DNA of 63,420 nt, filler included, from Octopus bimaculoides (lineage: Eukaryota), in NCBI RefSeq assembly GCF_001194135.2. It is 6 parts of 6 records of this genome, joined end to end, with 100 filler letters (N's around TTAATTAATTAA, not from the genome) between each part and the next. Parts side by side here need not be neighbours in the genome. Positions count along the whole stretch, not along the records: positions 1 to 19,192 come from NC_068999.1; 5 more parts are not named here. One strand, 5' to 3'. How positions within the stretch are numbered: position 1 is the stretch's first letter; each line of letters begins with the position of its first letter. Under the pieces are notes generated by a model, which saw only the letters and a list, made by a program, of their open reading frames with translations, had not been told where the DNA came from and made no database searches. A program made the translations under genes and the position numbers. Of the stretch, positions 1 to 10,569 are shown one piece after another.

Positions 1-2
1 AT

Positions 3-46
<44 letters not shown>
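1..46. repeat. (GATA)n microsatellite
   Basis: Direct tandem GATA units. Confidence 0.95.
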
Positions 47-47
<1 letters not shown>

Positions 48-280
48 GGCACAGCCATGGCTGTGTGGTAAAACGCTTGCTTCCCAACCACATGGTCCCG
101 AGTTCAGTCTCATTGCGTGGCACCTTGGGAAAATGTCTTCTATTATAGCCAAGTAAAGACTTTGGATGACGGAAACTGAAAGAAACCCGTTGTATGTATA
201 TGTTTATGTGTGTGTCTGTGTTTGTAACCCCGCCATCGCTTGACAATCGATGTTGGTGTGTTTATGTCCCCGTAACTTAG
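47..280 (+). mobile_element. SINE family A (tRNA head, CORE-like domain, internal microsatellite), 3'-truncated copy
   Basis: Head TGGCTGTGTGGTAA...GAGTTCAGTC, GTGGCACCTTGGGAAAATGTCTT (resembles CORE GTGACCTTGGGCAAGT), GAAACTGAAAGAA, (TG)n, then CATCGCTTGACAATCGATGTTGGTGTGTTT; the same modules recur at 29143, 31567, 34575, 37604, 55468. Confidence 0.85.
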
Positions 281-296
281 AGTATATACATATATA

Positions 297-329
<33 letters not shown>

Positions 330-454
330 CAAAGACACTAGATGTGTGTGTGTGTATATAAATAAATATAAGATCCAAGGATAGAGGTGCAGGAAGAAAG
401 TCAGTAAACTGTTGTAAATGTAAAAAACAACTTTTAGAGATAATAGTGGTTTAT

Positions 455-810
455 GGAGGCGCAATGGTTAGGGAAGCGCACTCGCGGTCGTGGAATCGCA
501 GTTTCGATTCCCAGACCGGGAGTCTGAGTGTTTATTGTGAGTATTTATTGAGCGAAAACACCTAAAGCTCCATGAGGCAGGGGGTGGTGGCGAACCCTGC
601 TGTACGCTCTCACCACAACTTTCTCTCACTCTTTCTTCCTGTTTCTGTTTTACCTGTATTTCAAAGGGCCAGCTGAATCTCCCCGAGAACTACGTTGAAG
701 GTACACGTGTCTGTGGAGTGCTCTGCCACTTGCACATTAATTTCACGAGCAGGCTGTTCTGTTGATCGGATCAACTGGAACCCTCGTCATCGTAACCGAC
801 AGAGTGTCAC
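455..810 (+). mobile_element. SINE family B (tRNA-Arg-like head)
   Basis: GGAGGCGCAATGG...TTTCGATTCCCAGACC head; body nearly colinear with copy 29929-30315, with a small internal deletion. Confidence 0.85.
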
Positions 811-954
811 GATTGAGACGGAAGATTGTGGATTTTTTTCTTATCGGAGTACAATAAATTGAAAAAAGATCTTTTTATATTTCACGGTAGGCAACTAAGG
901 TTGCCGGGTATGCGAATAAGAATACAAGAATTAAGGAATGAAGTTGATAAGATC

Positions 955-1034
955 TGGGCTACATATGTTTCATAGCGAGTGGAAGTGGTAAATATCCAAG
1001 CAAGATGTATACTGCAGGCTACTCTTCAGGCCAA
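955..1034 (-). ncRNA. Type I hammerhead ribozyme motif with intact core (Penelope/retrozyme-like)
   Basis: Minus strand: stem I GGC(1032-1030)/GCC(959-957); CUGAAGA (1029-1023); stem II GUAGC/GCUAU; GAAA (971-968); palindromic stem III ACAUAUGU; cleavage triplet GUA (962-960). Confidence 0.8.
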
Positions 1035-1097
1035 GAATATCTTGATTAAATGAAAGTTTACATTGTCGATGCGAAACCTTGGGTAACTTTGTCCATG

Positions 1098-1170
<73 letters not shown>

Positions 1171-1502
1171 GGTCGTCCCACAGGACGCCCCAAGACTATT
1201 TCCACACGTTTTCCCCATTCATCTCGATCTTCCATAATGGTTCTTAGCTCCTGTACCCCTTCCATACCAGCATCCTCCAGCAAGCTGTCGATATGACTTC
1301 AAAGTATTCCGTCTCTCCTGATGGAGAGACGGAATACTTTAAAGTCAAAGCCGGAGTATTACAAGGCGACACGCTAGCTCCTTATCTCTTTGCTATCCTT
1401 CTGGACTGTGTAATGCGTAGAACGTATGAGGGCAAGGAAGAAGAACCGGGATTCAAACTGCATAGGCAAAGAAGTAGACGGCATCAAGCAGTAACAATAA
1501 CT

Positions 1503-1505
<3 letters not shown>
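1098..1505 (-). mobile_element. RTE-X-type LINE 3' end with (TAGA)n tail and an inverted internal RT segment
   Basis: Minus 1292-1171 encodes HIDSLLEDAGMEGVQELRTIMEDRDEWGKRVEIVLGRPVGRPR-stop running into (TAGA)n (1098-1170); plus 1293-1505 encodes SPDGETEYFKVKAGVLQGDTLAPYLF...TITDL (RT motif QGD). Confidence 0.8.

Positions 1506-1592
<87 letters not shown>
1506..1592. repeat. (CT)n(AT)n compound microsatellite
   Basis: Direct inspection. Confidence 0.95.
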
Positions 1593-1597
<5 letters not shown>

Positions 1598-1619
1598 GTA
1601 TATATATTTAGTCACTGTA

Positions 1620-2687
1620 CATTAGCATAACTAAGGGGTGGGGTGCGGTAGGGGCTGGCCGCCCCGGACGGCACTTTCCATCTTGTTGTAGACTATTGTT
1701 GTTGACAATGTGTTTTTGTGGAGTCCATGGGCGGCAAACGGAAGGGCCGCCCGGGCGCGAAATTTTTTTTCGCACGGGAGTTCCGGAATCCAGTAATGAA
1801 CTCATTTGCATACATCCAATCAAAGCTCACCTTGACCTTGTTGTCAAAATCAAGTGCTGAGGATGGAAGTGACCCAATAATTAATGGGCTAAACAAAGCT
1901 TTTCTTGCTTTACAACAAAGTTATGTTCAAAACAAAGAATTCCTTGGGGGACCAGTGAGAAAATTCACCAAGCAACTTCTGGAACTAACATCTGGAACAC
2001 ATACTGCGCTAGCTTCCGCGCTTCACTCCAGGAGAAAGATGGTTTGTGGTGACAGAAAGCGCCTTGGTGCTGGCAGACAGTTGAAGGATTGTTTGAAAAG
2101 TGTGAAAGGAAAGGTGCTGTTCAGCTCTCAGATTATGCCTAGACGCAAAGCCCAAAATAACATTCGTGAATATGTTAAAAACAACCAATCTCTTGGTAAA
2201 ACACTCTACTAAGTAAACTCAAGACGAAGAACGGTGTTGTAAGTCGACCGACCGCCAAGTTATGCCTGATTTTAGAAGGGGACAAGTAATTAAACAGATT
2301 TACATCTATACCTATTATCGGACTTTGTTAGGGTCCCATATGGTAAAGATGTGGATGGGGAAAATGTGGGTAGAGGGTGATGTGCTAGCAATCCTCTCCC
2401 CTAACTGTATTACAAACAGTTAAACAGCACAAATAACTACGCAGAGGCAGCCATGGTTGAAACAAGAACAAGAACAACAAGCGTTATTAAAAGAGAAAAG
2501 AAGCATGGTCATTCCTTACCCATGTGACCTTATCTTATCGCCCGTCACTTGTTATGCGCTCATAAATTAGTTTGATAGTTAAGCTTTGATTGGCTGTATG
2601 TAAATGAGTTCATAACTGGGGTCCGGATTTCTCACGAGAAAAAAAAATTTCGCGCCCCGGGCGGTACACACTCTGGCTGCGCTAGTG
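1620..2687 (+). mobile_element. Non-autonomous TIR DNA element with ~80 bp subterminal inverted repeats and a protein C-terminal remnant
   Basis: Ends CATTAGCATAAC and rc CACTAGCGCAGC resemble hAT-type CAGTGGCGTAGC; 1747-1827 is the inverted complement of 2582-2664; internal plus ORF to 2212 (ALASALHS...RKRLGAGR...NNQSLGKT). No clean TSD. Confidence 0.6.
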
Positions 2688-3457
2688 ACTGTGTATATAT
2701 TTACTTATCTACCTAAATATGAAAATTTTAGCAACCCATCTCTGGCTGCGAAACTATGGCTAAGAAATTTTCTGTTAAATGGTGATTTGTTAAAGGGACT
2801 ATATACTATTAAAGGCCATTCATTTCTTTTGTTAAACACTGCTTAACAGGTGGATGTGTCACATTATACGTACAAACACCCAATTATTTTTGTAAGTAGG
2901 ATTATTATTGTTAAACTATGGACCAAGAATCACTTGACTGGTCTGTCAGTGAAGAACGAAATTCTCTATGTTAACTGATGCGAATTATTTTCTTACCAAA
3001 TTTTTACTGAACTTAATTAGAAATCATTCATTTCTTTCTTTTTGTATCAGAGATTAAAATCTAATTATTTTAGTCTATTATGGTTGCTTTCATATGTCTA
3101 TCTGTAGAATTAAGCATTGGAACAGTTAATTCATGGTGGTACAGTTTCTCCTCGAGGTTATCTGTAGTTTAGTTGTATTCGTTATTTTGTCCTTTCTCTA
3201 TATTCTTTACATAAACCATCTTTTATTAGTTATTAACTACCTGCTTTCACCAATTTCCTTGTATGTTTACGCATATCGACACAAAAATCAATAGTTCTAT
3301 TAGTAACAGGGAATCATTACTGCTATCACTACCACCAATAACTGAAGCAGTTGGAACACCACTAACCAGAAACAACATTCTTCGCTTCGTCAACACAGAA
3401 AATTCTTAATTTTTAATTGTTCTCGCTAAGTTACAAAGATACATATAGCAATATAAA

Positions 3458-3568
3458 TGGCACTTCGTCGGTTACAACGACTAGTGTTCCAGTCGATCAA
3501 CGGAACAGCCTGCTTTTAAAATTAATTTGCAAGATGCTGAACACTCCACAGACACGCGTACCTTTAAT
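3458..3568 (-). mobile_element. SINE family B 3' tail fragment
   Basis: Reverse complement matches GGTACACGTGTCTGTGGAGTG...GATCAACTGGAAC...GTAACCGACGGAGTGCCA of the 455 and 29929 copies. Confidence 0.75.
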
Positions 3569-4297
3569 TATGTGAGATGTTTTCGTTATGGGTTGTTTAG
3601 GCCTAAATACCTGGATATCGGCTCCACAGACCTTTTCGTTCCAGCAGGTCGCATGACCTTGTGATTAGCCGAACTTGTTCGTACTGGCTGGTTTCTAGCC
3701 GTCTAATCGTGTTGGCGCAACAGTTCGTTTTTCTTACGCGGGAAGAAGCCTACTGATCTCTATAAGAACAATTCTCGACTGCTCTAGGTTTTTGGCACAC
3801 ACCACTGACCACACGCAACTCGTTTCTGACAATGATGTATCTGACACTAGCCACTCCAACAGACGCCTGCCTACATCATTGCTGTATGAACACCACACAA
3901 TCAACAGACCAACGGCTGCCGCTATACACCACCAAACAGTACGTCAACTTTGTCTACAAGGTCAACAGTCCAGCGTAACCATGAAATCTCTCACATATAT
4001 GGCAATCATTGTATTTTATAACAGAGGATAAATCATCGCTTGCCAGTTCATTTTCATCTCATGCCGCATATCATTTTCACATTTTCCTCATTTCCCATCC
4101 TCGTTATAGAAAAATTTATATGGCTGCAATGGCTCTCATCACGTGCATAGATAAGATCGACCTATTGCACAAAAATAACAACGGAATGTCCTTTTTTGAT
4201 TACGAACAAAGCAAAACAGACTGCTTCTAATAGTAAGCACAAACAATGCTTCTCACAGTCAACGGGCAGTGTCATTACATTATTGTATAGATTTCTT

Positions 4298-4413
4298 CGC
4301 CGTAAGTCCTTCCACCTATCTACGTTCTGGGTTTAAATCTCGCATAGATCAAACTTGCCCTTCACGCTTTCGGCGTCGATAAATAAAGTACCAGTCTTGT
4401 ACTGGAGTTGATT
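4298..4413 (+). mobile_element. SINE family C fragment (Meta/MESC-like domain)
   Basis: GTTCTGGGTTTAAAT...GCCCTTCACGCTTTCGGCGTCGATAAATAAAGTACCAG matches family C. Confidence 0.65.
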
Positions 4414-5392
4414 ATTATCTTTCTGTCTGTCTGCTTCTCCTTCTCTCTCTCTCTCTGTAACTTGGATCAAAGTCTCCCGCTCTCACTCCCTCAAATATAT
4501 ATGCACCAACTACTACTCTTTTAACACCTTGAACCACCAGCATCTCTTCTGCCATACCCTATTCTGCATTGATGCAGGAGAAGAACGATGGGCTGATCTG
4601 TAGGCTGTTATTGTAGTTGTTGATTCTTCTCTTGCTGCTGTTGGTATGTCTCTTACAGAAGCTTCTGTTATGATTTGTCGGATGTAATTGCTGTGGCTAC
4701 TGCTGATGTGTTGTTGGCTTTTGCAGTTTTGCTCTGATCACTGTGGTTATTGCTGCTTTCGAATATTATTTTCGAATGTTTTCTGAAAGTTCGTGGTACC
4801 TTCGTCATTCGAAATATTGGAGAATGTTGATATTATATCTATGATTTCAGGAGTTTCTATTTGTTGTTGGCATGATGTTTTTGTATGCCTGTAGTTGTTT
4901 TATTTTTACTCCTGTAACTGTTAATGTGGTTTTTGTGTTTAAAAGAGTCAGAATGTTGGTTGCACCAGTTGTAGGTGACACTCCTCTCCATCGCTGTCTC
5001 CACTATTGGGCAGAAGGCTGATGGGGTTTTGTTTTGCCACGAATGTAACATTTAAGTGAAGTCTATCCTCAGTCGTTTCAATCACGTCCTTCAAACAACT
5101 TCTTTAATCATAGCCACCAGTGGAAAACTGATTCTAGGCGTCAAACTTACCAAAGAGCGATCTTTTAACAAGGTCCACAACTATGCATCATATTTAGGCC
5201 GATAATACAGAGCATAAATTTGAGGGTTGTGTAGCCGACCATCAGAAAATGTATATGCCCAACCTTTGCCGAAACCTACCACAACATGACAGATTAAATT
5301 ATAGATGCAAGCAACGTTAGAGTTATAACATGTTTTAATACATCAACCTTTTATATATATATATTTCAGTTAAAAGCTTTCATCTATTAAAG

Positions 5393-7754
5393 CAGTAGTT
5401 CTCAGCCTTTTCCCGGTCATCGTCCCTAAAAGCTTTTTCTGACGTAAGCTAATTGATAATCGCCCACCAAAAAAATGATAACAAATATTTATATTATGTA
5501 ATTACGACTAATCAACACTAAAAAATTTTGTACATGAATTAGCAAAGGAAAAACGAATTAAAATAAAGCTTTATTCTAAATTTGAATGTAGAAAAGGACT
5601 AACTAGTGTGAGCCCTGAGATTGGTGATGTTCCGCTAAAAATTCAATGTTAGGCTTAATGCTATTCAAATAGATACGAATATCTCCACGTGAAATAATGT
5701 CAATTCTGATTCTTCCCTTCCGCAAAATGTAATTGACAATACTAAATTCAGTTTCGACAAGATATGATGTCGGGAAACACAAAAGAGTGGCCACAAATTT
5801 GGATGTAGTGATTTTACAGTGTCTGATTGCCAACATTCAGACAATCGTTCTTTTTTGAACTAAATTTGAAATTCATCATTACATTTCATCTCGATGACTT
5901 CCTCCAAGATATTTTCGTGTGCACTGTGAGGATCACAATCGAATGGGTCAATCATCCATGGCTAAGAAGTGAAGTTAAATGAATCAGCAAATCTGGTTTC
6001 TAAATCATTTTTCAAGGCAGACAGATGGTCGCAATAAATACGAATGTCATTTTCACATAAGTCGATTTCCGCTTATTCGAGCATATTATGAAACTGTCTT
6101 AGTTTTAAATTAACTTGAAAAAGATTGAGTTTTTCAACAAAAGCTCTCATCACCCGTTTACAGTCTATCAACGTTATCCTTTTTCTCTGCAGCAGAAGAG
6201 AGACCCACTTCAGCTTACGGGAAATCCAACTAAGATAGTGTATGTTCTTTTGAGCTTGAATTTCGGCGGCTAAGTCTGAGTGTCCTTCTGTTTGTAAGGA
6301 TACAACTATTGTATCAAATAAGTTTACAAATCTTTCCAATCAGTTGCCTTTGGATAGCAAATGGTCATCGGTATACAAAAGAAGCCTTATATATTGTTCG
6401 TCAGCATAGACACAAAATTTTCGAAAAGACAGCCACATTTACTGTTAGATTTAATTTTGTTTATTGATTTTGTAAAAATGTTCAATGACTGATTTACATT
6501 TTTGGCCACGAGGTTATGCCTGTGTAGCACACAGTGTATAACTAGAATTTGGGAGCACAACTTTTTAAAATGAGAGATAAATCGTTTGTGTCTCCCAACT
6601 ATAGACATTACACCATCAGTAGCACATGAAACAAAATTTTCATATGGAATTTCTTTTTCTTCAAAAAAACTTTTCACTGCAGAAAATATAGAAGCTCCCG
6701 TTGTGTCAGTCTCCAAAGGTTTTACAAATAATAAATCTTCTTGTAATGTACAGTTTCTATCAATATATCATACATATCATCCCATTAAAAGGGCCTTATT
6801 GTCAATAACTGTGCTTTCGTCAGTTGGAATAGAAAAAATCGTTGTTTTCAATCTTTGAATTAGAATGTCTTCGATATGATCTGACATTTCATCAATTCTC
6901 CTACGGATAAAATCATTACTTAAAGGTAGAGCTTTAATGATAGATGAAGGATCTTGATTCATAACTTCTGATATTACTGTTTCTGCTGCAGGCACAATAA
7001 ACTCTTCAGCTACCGTATGTACAATTTTGTAGGAAGTAATTAGTCCACCGTCATTAATTTTTGTCTGTTTCTTAAATAATGATTTAACTGTACTCCGATT
7101 TTCAAAATCAGTTTTCAATCCCTCAAAATATTTGATAGGCTTACCGACTTTTTCGGGATGTTTTCTTCTCATGTCGTCAGAGAGTCGAGAAGGTGTCATG
7201 GCTTCATTAGACAAAGACTCATGACACACGATATAAAAGAGCTGCTTTGGTCTGTAGAGTTCTTGATAAAACCATATTGTAAGTACTCATCGATATGTTG
7301 TCGACGCTTCTTTTTCGCCGAGCCTGCCATAAAAAGTGGGTGAGAATGAATGCAAATTAGTAAACACTAAACTATTATATCTGCGTCCGACGGTTAAGAG
7401 AAAGAACTTCAAATCCAGGTGAGCGCCGTGTATTCAATGAATCACGTAGTCCAGCGACCAGTGTCATAGTAACAAGGGTAAGAAATTCAGTGATGAATGA
7501 GTCATTATAAATCGATGAAGTAAATCCTGGAAGATAACGCACTTATTGAGGCACATGGTTACTGTATTTGAATTAAGAAAAAGAGTTGGTTTTACAGCTT
7601 GACCGCAGTTATTGAGAAGAGCCCTCGTCATGATGCACCGGATGCGTGATTGCCTGTTGTGAGTACAGTCGCCGATCGAAGACTGCATTCATCGCCCCTC
7701 GAAATTTGATTTTCGCCCCCAAGAGGGCGATTCACCCCTGGTTGAGAACCACTG
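5393..7754 (-). mobile_element. Full-length hAT Charlie/Buster-type DNA transposon (degenerate)
   Basis: TIRs CAGTAGTTCTCAGCC and rc CAGTGGTTCTCAACC; 8-bp TSD TATTAAAG/TATTAAAT (7/8); internal transposase. Confidence 0.92.
5603..7330 (-). pseudogene. Buster/ZBED5-like hAT transposase pseudogene
   Basis: MAGSAKKKRRQHIDEYLQYGF..., BED finger CHESLSNEAMTPSRL...KHPE, FSIPTDESTV, SCATDG, IHCVLHRHNL, C-terminal LLCFPTSYLVETEFS...QSQGSH; several frameshifts. Confidence 0.9.
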
Positions 7755-7761
7755 TATTAAA

Positions 7762-8370
7762 TTATCTCAAATATAATGGCTTTGTACTTTCTGAATTATT
7801 TAGAATTTCTTTTAGTGTCAACATATTTCGCTTTTTATCTACTAAATCTTCAGGTATTACACATTTTTCTATAGCCGTATTATTTGCATGTATGTCCACC
7901 AAATGCTTAGTATTGCCAGTCCTGTTATTATTGTTTATATTATTTCTATTTCCCCTCTTCCATATCAACTTCATTTCTTTTCATACAGTTTATGTTGTTT
8001 TTATTTAAATTTTCACGCTACACAATGTCTTCATTCACTTTTTCTTCAATACCCATCATCTCCTCATTGATTTTCTTCTGTACACTCTCTATTTCAACTG
8101 GTGTTAGCAAACCTCTTCTTCGGATCATGCGTTCTTAGTTCATTAATTTATTTTCTGTCAACTCAAAGTACCTTTGTTTTTCCGGTTTGTGAGCATTCTA
8201 CAACTAACACCTATACCTTCATTTCTAGCTGTCTAATAGCATTCTATCAAAACTGTTTAATCCACCTTCCCTTCGTCGAGCAATTGATGATTGTTGAATG
8301 AATGTTCTAGCACAACATACTTGTTGAATGCAACAGTTTCACCAAAGGTTCTATTCCTGTTTACATCGCT
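7762..8370 (-). mobile_element. R4/Dong-clade non-LTR retrotransposon, N-terminal fragment (degenerate)
   Basis: Minus frames give FELTENKL...RMIRRRGLLTPVEIE and DKKRNMLTLKEIL, resembling the Dong/R4 N-terminal region. Confidence 0.5.
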
Positions 8371-8389
8371 AATGTAAGAAAAAAAAAAA

Positions 8390-8513
8390 GAAACGCCGAG
8401 CGGGAAAACTCCGGTCAAAGCGAGGCGAACGGCGCCGGTGCGAATGTGTGCAAGACCACGAGATCATTCCTGGGAGGAGAAAATCATCCGCCATGTTGAA
8501 AATGGAAGTAAGA
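8390..8513. promoter_or_regulatory. CpG-rich putative promoter or first exon with YY1 motif
   Basis: CCGCCATGTT (8488-8497) fits YY1 CCGCCATNTT; plus-strand CCGCCATG-TTG-AAA-ATG-GAA is followed by donor-like GTAAGA (8508). Confidence 0.35.
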
Positions 8514-9149
8514 AATATTTAACCACTACACGATGGTGCTACAATGAACATACATATCTTGTACACTCTACAAACAATTATAACGTCATTTTCTTTTTTA
8601 AACTGGCGTGTTAGACAGTTGCGTGTTGTTCCCTCCTAAATTTTTTTCTTGAAGAATATTTCGGAATGTAATATTCCAACGTCTGGGTCACCAACTTAAC
8701 AAGAGGTAAATTAAGAGTTGGGCCTTACCAGTTTAGGAAGTATATTTAGATGTGTGCACGTAAGAAGGTTTGAAACGTATAAATGCATGTTTTACATGAA
8801 GGTAACGATAAAAATCAGAAGGTAATGCTTTTGGTTAACAAACATAATTTATTCCTTGCTCACACATGAAGTAGCTGGCACAGCAGAGATAAGCGTACAA
8901 GACAACAGGGTGTAGGAGACATAAGTTAATTCCTTAATGCACATCAAGGTAGTTAGCTCCGGTACTTGGCTGCAAATCTAAAATATCCAATAAGTTTTGA
9001 AGTGGTAGTGAGGCGAGGTAGAAATCCCATAGCGTGTCGAGCTAGACGAGCCATAAACTCGTCGATTGATTAGTGTCTACATTTGAATGGGATAAAGCAA
9101 AGCAGCGACGAAAGGGAATCAGACATTCAGACAGCGACTGGATAAAACG

Positions 9150-9262
9150 CTTTTGAAAAGCGCGCGCTATTACTCCGGGCGGAAGTCGTCATGTGTATTC
9201 CTCCGCCGCTAACTTTTAAAGAGCGGAGAAACGCTGAGGCGAAGTAATTCGACTGCCCTGCT
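9150..9262. promoter_or_regulatory. CpG-rich segment with ETS-like motif
   Basis: GCGCGCGC, GCGGAAGT (9179-9186) and CCGCCGC in otherwise AT-rich, apparently non-repeat DNA. Confidence 0.3.
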
Positions 9263-9463
9263 AATGCTACACTTCCATTCTCAATTTTTTAATGAGATAG
9301 ACATAAGTGATATTTAAAATACGTAATTTATGTGATCTAGCCTATGTTAGTGGAGTAATATTAGAACTTTGTTAAAACGTGTACAATTACCTGTTGAAAA
9401 CTACTGTTTCGGAAAGATCTGGATTTAGAGGTAAACACGGTCTTTCTAAACACGGTCTTTCTA

Positions 9464-9590
9464 AATTATCGACACCAAAAGGTTGAAAAGCAAAGTCAAC
9501 CTGGGTGGAATTTGAACTTAGAACGTAAAGGCAGACGAAATGTCGCTAAGCTTTTTGTCTAGCGTACTAACGATTCTTTCAGATCGCCAA
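9464..9590 (-). mobile_element. SINE family C, 5' part
   Basis: rc GGCGATCTGAAAGAATCGTTAG...GTTCTAAGTTCAAATTCCACCCAGGTTGACTTTGC. Confidence 0.8.
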
Positions 9591-10569
9591 ACAACAGCAA
9601 CAACAATAATAATCATAGTTTGTATTTCTCTTAGAATTAAAAACATTTAAGGAAAAAGAGAAAGTTACACTCTAACTCCGTTAAGTAGAAGGCATGTTCT
9701 TACTTTCCGCTATCATCTACAGGCAGTGAACAAGATTTTTATTGAAATGTCAACAAGTTTTAGCTTTTGAAGAGGGAAAGAACGGTGGAAAGCATCATGA
9801 CAGACTTGGTAGCAACAACGCTAAAGCTGTCGAGTCTCGACTGTTTTGGTTGTCAAGGCAAAATTAGATAAATAAATTAATAAAGACCTATTCCAAAGGT
9901 CTTTCGTTGAAATCTGTTAAACATGTGTAGGTGTTTAACACCGATTCAACACCGATGAAACCATGGTGCAGCACAGCAATGAAGCTGAAAGACACACTGG
10001 TATAAACAACAATAATAACGTTAAGTACAAAAAAAAACAACCCAACAATGATAGCAAAACCACCCTTCTCCACTCTTCCCCTCACCCATCCCACTGCCAG
10101 TTAGCAGCACTAACTATCAAGAACAGTGGCATCTAAATTTTAAAAAAATGTAAAATAATGCAATGAAACTAAAAAAAAAAAAATAATAATGTCAACATCG
10201 ACCATACCAAAACCAGAAAAGTAGAAAAGTTTAGAATATCAACAAAATAGTCAAACGAAGTATTTTAGACCATTATCCTCAACAATCACTACAGAAAACA
10301 TTAACAACGATAACAACAAGAATAAAGAAGGAAATAATAAAAGCTAAAACAAATTGTAACACCAGAAATAACTGCAAAAAATGAACACATGAAGTGAGGT
10401 GAGACCGGTAGCAGTTCTGTCACTTACATAAACAGTAAAATGAGAAAGCTGCAAACCTTCTTTTGTGCTGGCAGAAAAAACCCCCAAAAGTGCGTGGAGT
10501 ACCATTCCGCTGCGACGAAAAAGCAAACAAGTACTCGACTACCCGTGAGGAATTTAGTTTAATTCCTAC

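Noticed and set aside
4857-5051. GIY-YIG-like peptide (HSDSFKHKNH)
   Set aside because: Too short a resemblance, and no GIY or YIG motifs.
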